Below, piece by piece: positions 1 to 11,166 of a DNA stretch of 64,000 bases (its first letter is position 1; every line of letters starts with the position of its first letter). The notes beneath the pieces were generated by a model. The model made no database searches, was not told the origin of the DNA, and saw only the letters and a program-made list of their open reading frames with translations. The position numbers were made by a program, and so were the translations under genes. Location of the stretch: contig CAWJLW010000006.1 in NCBI GenBank assembly GCA_963843795.1, forward strand, positions 1,922,001 to 1,986,000, given 5' to 3'. Origin of the DNA: an uncultured bacterium. Lineage in GTDB: Bacteria; Armatimonadota; Abditibacteriia; Abditibacteriales; Abditibacteriaceae.

Positions 1-2085
1 CGCGCCACTAAATGGATTAAAGAAAATCTGCCGCACGCCAAAGTGTCGGGCGGCGTGAGCAACATCTCGTTTTCATTTCGCGGCAACAATCGCGTGCGCG
101 AAGCGATGCACGCGGCGTTTTTGAAACATGGCGTCGATGCCGGTTTGGATATGGGCATCGTCAACGCGGGAATGTTGGAAGTTTACGAAGCCGTCGCGCC
201 CGATTTGCTCGAAGCGGTCGAAGACGTTTTATTGAATCGTCGCGCCGATGCTACTGAACGATTATTGGAAATGGCCGAGCGCGTCAAAGCGGAAAGTTCG
301 GGTGAAGTGGCCGAAGTCAAAACCGAAGCGTGGCGTGAAGAAACGCCCGAAGAACGTTTAAAATATGCTTTGATTAAAGGCATTGATTTATACGTTGAAG
401 CTGACGTTGAAGAAGTGCGCGTGCGTTTTCTGGAAGCGGGCAAAAAGCCGCTGGAAGTGATCGAAGGGCCGCTGATGGACGGCATGAACGTGGTCGGCGA
501 TTTGTTCGGCGCGGGCAAAATGTTTCTGCCGCAAGTCGTGAAATCGGCGCGCGTGATGAAAAAAGCCGTCGCGATTTTGCTACCTTATATGGAAGCCGAA
601 AAGCAGCGCACCGGTGCGCGCGCTCAGGGCAAAGTGCTTCTGGCAACGGTGAAAGGCGATGTGCATGATATTGGCAAAAACATCGTCGGCGTGGTTTTGG
701 GCTGCAACAATTACGAAGTGATTGATCTGGGCGTGATGGTATCTTGCGACAAAATTTTGCAGACCGCGCGCGAAGAAAACGTTGATGTGATTGGGCTTTC
801 GGGCTTGATTACGCCGAGTTTGGATGAAATGCAGCAAGTCGCGCGCGAAATGCAACGACTGGATTTTCAATTACCGCTGCTGATTGGCGGTGCAACAACC
901 TCGCGCATTCATACCGCCGTTAAAATCGCGCCGCATTATGAGCGCCCGATTATTCATGTTCTGGACGCCAGTCGCGCGGTCGGCGTCGTCAGCCAACTTT
1001 TATCGGACGATCAACACGATGAATTTATCGAGCGAATTAGCAACGAACAAGAGCGCGACCGCACGGCGCATTTGAATAAACGCGATAAAAAACCGCTGCT
1101 GTCGATTGAAGAAGCACGCGCGCGCAAAAATCCTATCGAATGGAAAAGCGAAGACATTGCCTCACCACCGTTCACTGGTTTCAAGGTGCTGCAAAACATT
1201 CCCTTAGAAGAATTGCTGCCGTTCATCGACTGGACACCGTTTTTCAACGCTTTTGAATTGAAAGGTTTGTATCCTGAAATTTTCGAGGATGAAACGGTTG
1301 GGGAACACGCCAAGAATTTGTTTGACGATGCACAGCAAGTACTTGCGGGCATCGTGCGCGGCAAACGTCTGCGCGCCAATGCGGTTTACGGTTATTACGC
1401 CGCCAACGCGGTCGGCGATGATGTTGAAATTTACGCGACCGAAGCGCGCGATAAAGCGGCAACGACATTTCATTTTCTGCGCCAGCAAATTGATAAAGCC
1501 GAAGGGCGTTTCGACAACAGCTTGGCCGATTTCATCGCGCCCAAAGAAACTGGTTTACCCGATCATCTGGGCGCTTTTGCGGTTACTGCGGGCATCGGTT
1601 TGGAAGAAATCGTGATGAAATACAAAAGCGCGCACGATGATTACAATGCTTTTATCGCTCAAGCTCTGGCCGACCGTTTGGCCGAAGCCACAGCCGAATG
1701 GCTTCATGCGAAAGTGCGGCGCGAATGGTATGCGCCGAACGAGGAATTGTCGAATCAGGAACTGATTGGTGAGAAATATCGCGGTATTCGTCCGGCTCCG
1801 GGCTATCCGGCGTGCCCGGATCATACCGAAAAAACGCTGCTGTTCGATTTGATGGACGTGCCGCATAAAGCGGGCATCACGCTCACGGAAAGTTACGCGA
1901 TGACACCAGCTTCTTCGGTGTCGGGTTTCTATTTCGCTCATCCGCAAGCGCGATATTTCGCGGTTGGTAAAATCGAGCGCGATCAAATGTTGGATTATGC
2001 CAAGCGCAAAAATTTAGATGCGCGCGAAATTGAGCGGGTGTTGTCGCCGAATTTGAATTACGAGCCGGATGCAATTGTGAAATGA
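1..2085 (+). CDS. metH: B12-dependent methionine synthase (5' truncated by window edge)
   Basis: Frame open from base 1 ([21 protein letters not shown]); cobalamin-binding motif GDVHDIGKN; activation domain [12 protein letters not shown]. Confidence 0.97.
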   Translation, partial: RATKWIKENLPHAKVSGGVSNISFSFRGNNRVREAMHAAFLKHGVDAGLDMGIVNAGMLEVYEAVAPDLLEAVEDVLLNRRADATERLLEMAERVKAESSGEVAEVKTEAWREETPEERLKYALIKGIDLYVEADVEEVRVRFLEAGKKPLEVIEGPLMDGMNVVGDLFGAGKMFLPQVVKSARVMKKAVAILLPYMEAEKQRTGARAQGKVLLATVKGDVHDIGKNIVGVVLGCNNYEVIDLGVMVSCDKILQTAREENVDVIGLSGLITPSLDEMQQVAREMQRLDFQLPLLIGGATTSRIHTAVKIAPHYERPIIHVLDASRAVGVVSQLLSDDQHDEFIERISNEQERDRTAHLNKRDKKPLLSIEEARARKNPIEWKSEDIASPPFTGFKVLQNIPLEELLPFIDWTPFFNAFELKGLYPEIFEDETVGEHAKNLFDDAQQVLAGIVRGKRLRANAVYGYYAANAVGDDVEIYATEARDKAATTFHFLRQQIDKAEGRFDNSLADFIAPKETGLPDHLGAFAVTAGIGLEEIVMKYKSAHDDYNAFIAQALADRLAEATAEWLHAKVRREWYAPNEELSNQELIGEKYRGIRPAPGYPACPDHTEKTLLFDLMDVPHKAGITLTESYAMTPASSVSGFYFAHPQARYFAVGKIERDQMLDYAKRKNLDAREIERVLSPNLNYEPDAIVK

Positions 2086-2163
2086 ACTTTTCGACTCGTG
2101 CAAGTACTTGCAATGTGTCCCAATGCGCACCAAGTACTTGCCCAGTCGAGCACACCAATTTCC

Positions 2164-3048
2164 ATGAGCTTAGAATCTTTTTCTTTGCCCTACGTGCGCT
2201 GGGCCGACGTCGCGGTGATGAGTCCGCATTATCTGACGCCAATGCGTCGGCTGTATGATCACGAATTAGTTTATGTGTTGGGCGGCCACGGCACGATCAC
2301 TATCGAGAATCGGAAATATTCGGCTCAGGCCGACCAATTGTATCTGATTATGCCACACGTCCGACACTCGTTCATCGCTGCTATCGACGAAAAAATGCCG
2401 TTACTTGGCGTGCATTTCGATTGGAAATTTTATGACGATGCGATGCCGTTTCCAATTCAATATCCCAGCGATGAACCCGCACGCAACGCGCCTACCTGCC
2501 CGACTTCCACTATTGAAAATTGGGATATAAGTTGCAAACCATTTTTAGATTTGCGCGGAAGGCCGCGCGTTCGGCATTTGCTGGAAGAGCTTGTCGTCGA
2601 GCGCAATCGCAGTGATGACGAAGCGCAGCACATCAGCAGCGCTTTGTTGGCGCTGATACTGACCTGTATCGCGCGCGAAGCACGGCAGTTGCAGCAAATC
2701 GAACAAAATTCGCATTTGGGTGCTGATGCGATTCGGCGCGTCGAGCGCGCGCGCCAAATGTTGGAAAGCGAAGAAATTACCGACGTTGAAACGGTCGCCG
2801 CACAAGTTGGATGGAGCGGCGATCATCTGCGGCGCATGATGCGCGCTGTCCTGCAACAATCGCCCTATCAACTTCAAACCTCAGCGCGTTTGCGACGCGC
2901 GCGCGACCTTTTGCGCGACGAGAACTTGTCAATTGCACACGTTGCCATGCGCTGTGGCTTCGACGACGCTTCGCACTTTTCGCGCGTTTTTAAAAAAGAT
3001 TGCGGACTGACACCGCGTCAATTCCTCACCATGGCGAAGAAGATTTAA
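2164..3048 (+). CDS. AraC-family transcriptional regulator (cupin + HTH)
   Basis: N-terminal cupin (HELVYVLGG); C-terminal AraC signature CGFDDASHFSRVFKKDCGLTPRQF; ATG 2164 preferred because the upstream GTG lies in a palindrome. Confidence 0.9.
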   Translation: MSLESFSLPYVRWADVAVMSPHYLTPMRRLYDHELVYVLGGHGTITIENRKYSAQADQLYLIMPHVRHSFIAAIDEKMPLLGVHFDWKFYDDAMPFPIQYPSDEPARNAPTCPTSTIENWDISCKPFLDLRGRPRVRHLLEELVVERNRSDDEAQHISSALLALILTCIAREARQLQQIEQNSHLGADAIRRVERARQMLESEEITDVETVAAQVGWSGDHLRRMMRAVLQQSPYQLQTSARLRRARDLLRDENLSIAHVAMRCGFDDASHFSRVFKKDCGLTPRQFLTMAKKI

Positions 3049-3191
3049 TCTGCAAAACCAGAGTCGGTAATCTCCTATTTTGCAGATTTATGGCAACTCA
3101 AAATAATTATTGCCGGTTAAAATTCATGGCGAGCGAACAACAATTCCTCTGCAAGTACTTGCAGGAAGTGAAATCAAAGCGAGGAATCACA

Positions 3192-4115
3192 ATGACACAA
3201 AATATTGAACCCATGATTAACGACGAACAAGTGCAGCAATTTCAGCGCGACGGATATTTGGTAGTGCGCAGTTTTTTGTCACCCGAAGAAAACGCCAATC
3301 TGCGCGAGCATTTCATGAAAATGCAAAGCGACGCTTCGCAGCCAGAACATCCTGTACGCAAACATTATCAAGTTCAGACGATGGAAGAAGCGCAGGGCGA
3401 TGTGCTGCGTGTGTTTCCGCGCGTGATGATGCCGCATCGCTTCGACAAAACAAGTTTGGAAATGATGCTAGATGCGCGCACTGAATCCGTTTTGAACGCA
3501 CTTTTCGGCGAACAAGCGATTGCCGCGCAGTCGATGTTTTATTTCAAGCCGCCGGGCGCGCGCGGTCAAGCGTTGCATCAAGATAATTTCTATCTCAAGG
3601 TTTCGCCCGGCACCTGCATGGCGGCGTGGTTTTCGATTGACGACGCCGACGACCAGAACGGCACGCTATTCGTGGTTCCGGGTTCGCACACCGGCGAAAT
3701 TCAATGTCCGCACGCTGCAGATTTGAAAACTTCGTTCACCACCGAAGAAGTCGATATTCCCGAAGGCATGGAACAAGTTCCGGTCAATTTGAAAGCGGGC
3801 GATGTGCTGTTTTTTAACGGCGCGTTGATTCACGGTTCATATCCCAACGCGACCAAAGACCGTTTCCGCCGCTCTTTCATTTGTCATTACGTGCCCGAAC
3901 GCATGACGGCCATGAATTCGGGTTATTACCCGCTGCACTCGTTCGATGGCAAAACTTTCACGCGCGACGTGGCCGAAGGTGGCGGCATTTGCGGAACCGA
4001 AGAATGGCAACGCTTTCAAGACGGAATCGCCGCACAGAAAGTTGAGCACAGCCGCGATATGGAATGGCTCAAACGCTCCGCAGTCGGCGACAAAACCAAA
4101 ACCACCGCGCACTAG
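3192..4115 (+). CDS. Phytanoyl-CoA dioxygenase (PhyH)-family Fe(II)/2OG dioxygenase
   Basis: QFQRDGYLVV start motif, HQD motif (ALHQDNFY), distal His (LIHGS); RBS GAGGA before ATG 3192. Confidence 0.9.
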   Translation: MTQNIEPMINDEQVQQFQRDGYLVVRSFLSPEENANLREHFMKMQSDASQPEHPVRKHYQVQTMEEAQGDVLRVFPRVMMPHRFDKTSLEMMLDARTESVLNALFGEQAIAAQSMFYFKPPGARGQALHQDNFYLKVSPGTCMAAWFSIDDADDQNGTLFVVPGSHTGEIQCPHAADLKTSFTTEEVDIPEGMEQVPVNLKAGDVLFFNGALIHGSYPNATKDRFRRSFICHYVPERMTAMNSGYYPLHSFDGKTFTRDVAEGGGICGTEEWQRFQDGIAAQKVEHSRDMEWLKRSAVGDKTKTTAH

Positions 4116-4207
4116 CAATTCTCCCAATCATCGCAGATCAACGAATTGGAAATAAATTACACAATGCTTGCCATTACTCGCAAGGTACTGAACCAAACAT
4201 TGTCCTC

Positions 4208-4247
4208 AAACCGACCGCACAACGAAACACGTTGTGCGGTCGGTTTT
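4208..4247 (+). terminator. Stem-loop, probable intrinsic terminator after the PhyH gene
   Basis: AAACCGACCGCACAACG-AAACA-CGTTGTGCGGTCGGTTTT. Confidence 0.65.
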
Positions 4248-4277
4248 CCATTAATTCCCACAACTGACTGGAATCTT

Positions 4278-5781
4278 ATGAAACCAAGTATCATTATGTC
4301 TTGCGCGATGGCAATTTCTGCCTCGCAAGTTACTTGCAGCGCCCGCCACGACGAAACTTCCAGTGCAAAAGCCGAATATCGTTCTCATTTACGCCGACGA
4401 CATTGGATGGGGCGACTTGAGCTGCTATGGCGCGAAAACCATCGCCACGCCTCACTCCGACCGCTTGGCCGCACAGGGCTTGCGTTTTACTAACGGTTAT
4501 TGCACGGCTTCGACTTGCACGCCTTCACGCTATTCGCTGCTTTCCGGCGAATACGCGTTTCGCAAAAAGGGCACGGGCATTCTGCAGGGCGATGCCGCGT
4601 TGATTATCGAACCCGGACGCCAGACGTTGCCCTCGATGCTTAAAGGCTCCGGTTACAACACGGCTGTGGTAGGCAAGTGGCATCTGGGTTTGGGCGGAGA
4701 AGGCGGGCCCGATTGGAACGGCGTAATTGCGCCCGGCCCGCTGGAAATCGGCTTTAACCAATCGTTTATTTTTCCCGCCACTGCTGATCGTGTGCCCACG
4801 GTGTACATCGAAGATCATCGAGTGGTGAATCTCGATCCCAACGATCCAATTCACGTCAGCTATCAGGGACCAATTGACGATGGGCCGACGGGAGCAAAAA
4901 ACCCGGAGATAGTGCGTTTGAAGCCGACCAATGCACAGCACAACAATTCAATTATTAACGGCATACCACGCATCGGCTACATGAGCGGCGGCAAAGCGGC
5001 GCTGTGGAAAGACGAAGATTTGGCTAAAACTTTCACCGCGCGCGCCGTGGATTTTCTGCAGAAACAATCAAAGGACAAACCTTTCTTTTTGTATTTTCCC
5101 ACCCATAATAATCATTCTCCGCGCGCTCCCGACCCGCGTTTCGTGGGTAAAACTCCTCACGGTCCGCGGGGCGATGCGGTTATCGAATTCGATTGGATGG
5201 TGGGCGAAATTCTCGATACGCTGGATCGATTGAAGTTCACCGACAACACCCTTGTGATACTTTCAAGCGATAATGGTCCGGTCGTAATCGACGGCTATTA
5301 TGACGGCGCGGAGCGTTTGCTGGGCGATCACAAACCAGCCGGGCCATTTCGCGGTGGAAAATACAGCGCGTTCGAGGGCGGCACAAAAATTCCTTTCATC
5401 GTGCGGTGGCCCGGACACATCGCGCCCGGCATTTCCGAAGCGATGATTTCGCAAGTCGATTTGCTGGCTTCATTGGCCGCTTTAACTGGCCAAACCGTCA
5501 GTGCCCAAAGCGCGCCCGATTCTCAAAACCAGTTGCCCACAATGTTAGGACAAGATAAGGTCGGACGCAACGAAATGGTCGAACTGGGGCTGGGCAACAG
5601 ATTCGGATTGCGCGTGGGGAAATGGAAGTTGATTGCCAAAGAGAACGAGAAGCCGCAATTGTATGATTTGTCCACCGATATTGCTGAAAGCGAGAATTTA
5701 GCCGAGCAAAAGCCTGAACAGTTGCAGCGAATGCGCACGCGGCTTCAGGAAATTCTTAGCGCCCACCAAGCAACAAAATGA
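4278..5781 (+). CDS. Secreted arylsulfatase (Cys-type); +1 frameshift at ~4330 separates signal peptide from catalytic domain
   Basis: KPNIVLIYADD, CTPSR, GKWHLG, SSDNG motifs in ORF 4363-5781; removing one T at 4330/4331 gives MKPSIIMSCAMAISASQVLA-APATTKLPVQKPNIV from ATG 4278. Confidence 0.88.
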
Positions 5782-5841
5782 AAACGTGCTGCTTTTACAG
5801 GGCAAGTACTTGCCGTAGTGATTTATGAGGAGGAAACGAGC

Positions 5842-6663
5842 ATGAAGACGAAAAGGTTTTTGCCTGCTTTCACACTGGCACTTTTTCTATTGGGTTGCGG
5901 TCAAAGTGCGACAAAGAGTGCCGACGGAAAGGTCGCTGCAGTCGAACAGGTCGCGGCCAATGAGGAAACTCAGAAAATGAAACCGAACTCTGTGCAACTG
6001 CTTTTTGATGCTTTGCGCATGAAATGGCCCAATAACCGCACCATCAATCTGGTTTTTCACGGGCACAGCGTGCCCTCGGGCTATCATAACACTCCACTGG
6101 TCAAGCCGTTCGAGTCGTATCCGTTCATGGTTTTTCAAGGCATGAACGAGCGCTTTCCGACTGCAGTTCTCAACTGCATCACCAGTGCAATTGGCGGCGA
6201 AAATTCGGTGCAGGGCGCTGCGCGCTTCGAGCGCGATGTGCTGCCGTATCATCCCGATTTGCTTTTTATAGATTATGCAATCAACGACCGTAATCTCACA
6301 GTTGAAGACGCCGAAAAAGCGTGGCGTTTGATGATTGAAAGCGCGCAAAAAAATCAAATCCCGCTGGTGCTAGTTACCCCGACCGGCACACGCGCCAACA
6401 AGTTTGACGACCCAACCGACGCGCTTTCAATTCGCGCCGCCATGATTCGCAGATTGGGCCAGGAATACAACCTACCCATCGCCGATGTGAGCGCGCGTTG
6501 GCAAGCGGCTTTGAAAGCGGGCACAGATCAGGAAACTTTGCTCAGTCAGCCAGTTCATCCCAGCCGGCAAGGACACATCATCGCGGCTAAAGAAATTCTA
6601 CGCGTGATTGATGAAATGAACGCCACAACAATCGAGACAGCTTTATCAGCCCAGAAGTCGTAA
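5842..6663 (+). CDS. SGNH/GDSL hydrolase-family lipoprotein
   Basis: Lipobox FLLGC; blocks FHGHSV, AIGGENS, DYAIND, PVHPS; RBS GAGGAGG. Confidence 0.85.
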   Translation: MKTKRFLPAFTLALFLLGCGQSATKSADGKVAAVEQVAANEETQKMKPNSVQLLFDALRMKWPNNRTINLVFHGHSVPSGYHNTPLVKPFESYPFMVFQGMNERFPTAVLNCITSAIGGENSVQGAARFERDVLPYHPDLLFIDYAINDRNLTVEDAEKAWRLMIESAQKNQIPLVLVTPTGTRANKFDDPTDALSIRAAMIRRLGQEYNLPIADVSARWQAALKAGTDQETLLSQPVHPSRQGHIIAAKEILRVIDEMNATTIETALSAQKS

Positions 6664-6710
6664 CGCGAAAAAGCGCTCTGCAAGTACGTGCAGAGCGCTT
6701 TTTCGCGTTA
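6661..6710. terminator. 50-bp near-perfect palindrome centred on motif variant TGCAAGTACGTGCA; bidirectional terminator candidate
   Basis: 25-bp arms with one mismatch, between convergent genes. Confidence 0.75.
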
Positions 6711-6737
6711 AAATGGCGGACGATTCACTCAACGCCT

Positions 6738-8174
6738 TCAGTTGTCATCTGCAGCCGTAGCGATGACATCGTTTTCGCGCCACCAGGGAATAAAGGCCGC
6801 ATTATTGGCGTTCCAATCGCGCCAACTTTGCAGCAATCGAGCGACGATTTTGGGATTGGCGTTGGCGACATCATTTTTCTCGCCGATGTCTTTGGTCAAG
6901 TTGAACAATCGGCGTTCGCCTTTGGCTTCCTGCACCATTTTCCAATCGCCCTCGCGCACGGCCCACGAGCCATTGAAATGACGCCAGAACAACCGTTCGT
7001 GCGGCGTGCCTTTATTCGCTCCCTTCAAGAAGGGCAACAGATCGACGCCTTCGATACCCGGCATTCCGACGGTCTTTACTCCGGCTGCGGCCAACGCAGT
7101 CGGCACGAAATCAAGCGTACTGACCGGCTTATCGTAACGCTTGCCTGCCGGAATTTGACCGGGCCACGAAACCACAAACGGCACGCGCACGCCGCCTTCC
7201 CACACTTCACCTTTACGACCGCGCAAAGGCGCATTGGATGAAGAATTGTCTTGCGGCGGGCCACCATTATCCGAAATGAAATAAATCAGCGTGTTGCTTT
7301 CGAGCTTTAATTCTTTGAGCTTGGCGCGCAAGCGTCCGATGCCATCATCCATTGCCAGCATCATCGCCGCGTAAGTTTTGCGGCCTCCCTTGAGTGTGTC
7401 CGGCACGCGCGCCAGATATTCCGGCGAAGCTTCCATCGGCGTGTGCGGCGCATTGTAAGCCAGATATAGAAAAAACGGCTCCGCTTTGTGACGCTCGACG
7501 TAAGAAACGGCTTCATCAGACAATACATCGGTCAGGTAGCGCTTCTCGGTTCCAGGCACAATTTCGCTGTTGCGTAGCAGCGGCGCTTCGTAGTCGCCCC
7601 ATTTGCTATTGATACGTTCTTCGGTTTTTTCCGGCGGAGTTGGCGTCCATTGCCAATAGCGATGGCCGCCACGCAGAAAACCGAAAAACTCGTCGAATCC
7701 ACGTTTATTGGGATGAAAATAAGGATTGCTGCCCAGATGCCACTTGCCAATGATGCCGGTTTTATACCCCGCGCTTTTCATGGCATCGCCCATCGTGCGC
7801 TCGGAAAGCGGCAAGCCAATCGCGGGATTAGTTCTGGTATCACCATCGGCGTTGGTATCGTAACCCATTCGCGCGCCGTGACGTCCGGAAATGAAACCGG
7901 CGCGCGACGGCGAACAAACGGGAAACGTTACATAACCCGCCGTGCAAATCACGCCGCTGCCTGCCAACGAATCGAGGTTGGGCGTCGCGATTTCCTTGCT
8001 GCCCATAAATCCCGCATCAGCATAACCCTGATCATCGCTGACAATCAGAATCACATTGGGTTTTTTGTTAATTCGCACCTTTATGTTCTGTGCGTTAGCG
8101 CTTTGGACTTGTCCTGGAGGCGCACAGAACGCCAAAGTAAGGGCGGGAAACAGAAAAGTGGGAATTTTGTTCAT
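6738..8174 (-). CDS. Secreted sulfatase (Cys-type, arylsulfatase A/N-acetylgalactosamine-sulfatase-like)
   Basis: Signal peptide; KPNVILIVSDDQG, CSPSR, GKWHLG, ISDNGG motifs. Confidence 0.93.
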   Translation of the reverse strand: MNKIPTFLFPALTLAFCAPPGQVQSANAQNIKVRINKKPNVILIVSDDQGYADAGFMGSKEIATPNLDSLAGSGVICTAGYVTFPVCSPSRAGFISGRHGARMGYDTNADGDTRTNPAIGLPLSERTMGDAMKSAGYKTGIIGKWHLGSNPYFHPNKRGFDEFFGFLRGGHRYWQWTPTPPEKTEERINSKWGDYEAPLLRNSEIVPGTEKRYLTDVLSDEAVSYVERHKAEPFFLYLAYNAPHTPMEASPEYLARVPDTLKGGRKTYAAMMLAMDDGIGRLRAKLKELKLESNTLIYFISDNGGPPQDNSSSNAPLRGRKGEVWEGGVRVPFVVSWPGQIPAGKRYDKPVSTLDFVPTALAAAGVKTVGMPGIEGVDLLPFLKGANKGTPHERLFWRHFNGSWAVREGDWKMVQEAKGERRLFNLTKDIGEKNDVANANPKIVARLLQSWRDWNANNAAFIPWWRENDVIATAADDN

Positions 8175-8291
8175 GGGGAAAAGCGTAATTAGGATTGCAT
8201 CAGCGAATTAAAGATTGAAAAAGCAAAAAGCCACCCACAAGTTCGGAGAGGCCTTTTGCCTTTAAAGTTTCACCCGGCTAAATCGGACATT

Positions 8292-9143
8292 TCATTCGTC
8301 GTCGGCAGTAAATCCGATGAGAACATTTTTGCCATTGACATTTTTGCTTTCGCTCATCTGCGAAACTTTCAGCGATTTGACATGACCATCGGCATAAAGC
8401 ATGTTAACGGTTTCCAAATGGCGCATCGCGATGGCCGCACCGTAGTTGGTTCCAACGTTCATCGCCTTGGTTCTGTCGGCATTGACCTGATAAGGCGTGT
8501 TGTAATCATCGAAGGAGATGCGGAATTTGCCGCGCGCTGGGCCAGCTGTATCATTGGGAGCGCTATCCATCACCCAAAATGTCGTGGCCGGAGCTTGCAA
8601 CGCAGCAATTGATTGACCCGAAGCGCCATTTGCAGCACCGTTGGCATAGCAATTGTTGAGGCCATAAGAGCCGAAATAAGCCGATGAATTGGCGGTTAAT
8701 GTCTCAGCCGGTCGAAACTCGGTGGTGTAAGTGCCGCTGGCAATAGTGACAGTAGAATCTGAAGGACACGTAAAAAGCTGGGTGCTTTTTATATAAGGCT
8801 GCACCGCATCCATCCATTTGTAGCGCGGTGGGTTCGCGGCTCCATTGGAAAAACCATCGTTACCGCCAGCCGCATACGGGTAATAAGCGTTCACCATCTG
8901 CTCGTCATAATCTTGCACGTATTGCAGCAAACCTAAACCAAGCTGTTTCAAATTGCTTGAACAGCTCGCGCGCCGCGCATTTTCCCGCGCACGTGCAAAT
9001 ACAGGAAACAAAATCGCCGCCAGAATTGCGATGATTGCTATCACAACTAACAGTTCGATAAGGGTGAAGCCCAAACGACGCTGTTGACTGGAACCAATAC
9101 CGATACCGACACTACAGCTGCGAAATTTTAAATTCAATGTCAT
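8292..9143 (-). CDS. Prepilin-type N-terminal cleavage/methylation, DUF1559/H-X9-DG protein
   Basis: [44 protein letters not shown]-terminal [24 protein letters not shown] before ATG 9143. Confidence 0.92.
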   Translation of the reverse strand: MTLNLKFRSCSVGIGIGSSQQRRLGFTLIELLVVIAIIAILAAILFPVFARARENARRASCSSNLKQLGLGLLQYVQDYDEQMVNAYYPYAAGGNDGFSNGAANPPRYKWMDAVQPYIKSTQLFTCPSDSTVTIASGTYTTEFRPAETLTANSSAYFGSYGLNNCYANGAANGASGQSIAALQAPATTFWVMDSAPNDTAGPARGKFRISFDDYNTPYQVNADRTKAMNVGTNYGAAIAMRHLETVNMLYADGHVKSLKVSQMSESKNVNGKNVLIGFTADDE

Positions 9144-9226
9144 TAACGACCTCCTGCACAGCGGCGGCATCTGGCGCGACTGCGCAGACGGAATTCCTGT
9201 TTGACCGCATTGTGTAATAGGGAGTA

Positions 9227-9356
9227 TTTCCGATTCATTACAATTGCTAACTGCTGTTTCCGACATTTCCGGATATTTCCGACTGTGATATTGGTTTTCC
9301 GATAGGAATTCAGGCGTTGTCAAACGAAAATGCCTCAAATATCTGCCATATTCCGA
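9227..9356. promoter_or_regulatory. Array of six (T)TTCCG(A/G) direct repeats upstream of the DUF1559-sulfatase genes
   Basis: Copies at 9227, 9257, 9266, 9276, 9296, 9351; most spacings near multiples of 10 bp. Confidence 0.4.
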
Positions 9357-9480
9357 TATCGCAAGGTTTCACACCAAAAACACCCTGCAAGTTCTTGCAG
9401 GGTGTTTTGCAACCGACGACTGTGACATTGCCAGAAATTGAAATGCCCTACTCGCCAGAAACCAAATTGAATTCGTTGAT

Positions 9481-11106
9481 TCAGTTTTTGCGTCGCGAAG
9501 TGAAACTATCGCGAATTTGTTGCGCGAAAAATCGACCTTTAGAAGGCGCACTCATCAGTTCATCGGCCAGTTTTACTGGCACATCCAGAAATTCCCATGT
9601 CCCGCTGTGCGAGAAGTCGATTTGCAGCGTTTGGGTTTCGGGCAAGTACTTGCACTCGCGCAATGCGGTCGAATCGAGCGGGTCGCGTTCGGGCTTCAGG
9701 AGCGGAAACAGAATCACTTCGCGAATCGAAGTGTTGCCCGTTAAAAGCATCACTAATCGGTCGATTCCAATCCCTAAACCGCCGGTGGGCGGCAGACCAT
9801 ATTGTAAAGCGCGCACATAATCGGCGTCATACGATTGCGCTTCTTCATCGCCCTGCGCTTTGGCCTGAGCCTGAGCGCGAAATCGCTTTTCCTGATCCAA
9901 TGGATCATTTAATTCGGAAAAGGCGTTACCGATTTCTTGTCCGGCGATAAACAGTTCAAAACGATAAGTGAGCTTGGCTTCATCGGTTTTGCGCTTGGCT
10001 AAGGGCGAGACTTCAACCGGGAAATCGAGCACGAAAGTTGGTTCGATCAATGTCGGTTCGATGTGGGTTTCAAAGGCTTCTACCAGATCGTGACCGCCGG
10101 GAATATCCAGCCCAATTTTATCGTGCACCAATTCGCGCATCGTGGCGCGGCGAAAAGGCGCTTTGAGGTCGAACGTGTGTTCGCCAAAAGTGCATTGTGT
10201 CGTACCATTAACACGCATCGCGATATGTTCGAGCATCTTCTCGGTAATGTCCATCATATCGTGATAATCGGCATACGCCTGATACAATTCCATCATCGTG
10301 AATTCGGGATTGTGGCGCGTATCGATGCCTTCATTGCGGAAGTTGCGATTGATTTCGTAAACGCGCTCCAAACCGCCGACGACCAAACGCTTGAGATACA
10401 ATTCGGGCGCGATACGCAGATACAAATCCAAATCCAGCGCGTTGTGATGCGTGACAAAAGGCCGCGCGGTCGCGCCACCAGCGAGCGTTTGCATCATGGG
10501 CGTTTCGACTTCCAAAAAGCCGCGCGCATCGAGAAATTCGCGCATCGCGCGCACGCAAAAACTGCGCTTGCGAAACACTTCAGCGACTTCGGGATTGGAA
10601 ATCAGGTCGGCGTAACGCTGGCGATAGCGCGTTTCCACGTCGCTGAGGCCGTGATATTTTTCCGGCGGTGGCTGAATTGAAGTCGCCAGCAGCGTAAAAT
10701 CGGTAATCGCGACCGAAACTTCGCCGCGCCGCGTTTTGAAAACTTCGCCGGATGCGCCGATAATATCGCCCAATTCAAGCTCAAGAAACTCGGCCATTTT
10801 ATCGGCACCGAGCTTGTCTAGTTGCGCGACAATCTGGATTTTTCCGTCGTTGTCCCACAAATCGGAGAACGCGATTTTGCCCTGCCCGCGCTTACTTTTC
10901 AAGCGACCGGCTAGCTGAACGGTTGCGCCGTCCATCGATTCGAAATTGTTGAGAATTTCGGTCGATAAATGCGAACGCTCGAAGCGCGTTTGCGCGTAAG
11001 GGTCGCGCCCTTCGCTTTGCAGTTTCAGCAAACGCTCGCGGCGCAGCGCCACGATTTCATTTTCGTCTTCAGTGGAATTGGAATTTTGATTGTTCTGGTT
11101 ATTCAT
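9481..11106 (-). CDS. lysS: Lysine--tRNA ligase (class II) with C-terminal KTSC domain
   Basis: OB-fold anticodon domain, [34 protein letters not shown]; ~60-aa tail [10 protein letters not shown]...SAPSKGRFF resembles KTSC. Confidence 0.96.
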   Translation of the reverse strand: MNNQNNQNSNSTEDENEIVALRRERLLKLQSEGRDPYAQTRFERSHLSTEILNNFESMDGATVQLAGRLKSKRGQGKIAFSDLWDNDGKIQIVAQLDKLGADKMAEFLELELGDIIGASGEVFKTRRGEVSVAITDFTLLATSIQPPPEKYHGLSDVETRYRQRYADLISNPEVAEVFRKRSFCVRAMREFLDARGFLEVETPMMQTLAGGATARPFVTHHNALDLDLYLRIAPELYLKRLVVGGLERVYEINRNFRNEGIDTRHNPEFTMMELYQAYADYHDMMDITEKMLEHIAMRVNGTTQCTFGEHTFDLKAPFRRATMRELVHDKIGLDIPGGHDLVEAFETHIEPTLIEPTFVLDFPVEVSPLAKRKTDEAKLTYRFELFIAGQEIGNAFSELNDPLDQEKRFRAQAQAKAQGDEEAQSYDADYVRALQYGLPPTGGLGIGIDRLVMLLTGNTSIREVILFPLLKPERDPLDSTALRECKYLPETQTLQIDFSHSGTWEFLDVPVKLADELMSAPSKGRFFAQQIRDSFTSRRKN

Positions 11107-11166
11107 AGCGAACGCAGTTTAGCAAGCGCGCCGCCAATTTTGCGCTGCAAGTAACTTGCAGCGCGG

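Noticed and set aside
8292..9338. Extended N-termini given by the ORF track (also at 2098, 3000, 25487, 31933, 35055, 55738)
   Set aside because: Extensions run through intergenic palindromes or promoter regions; downstream ATGs match RBS and family N-termini better
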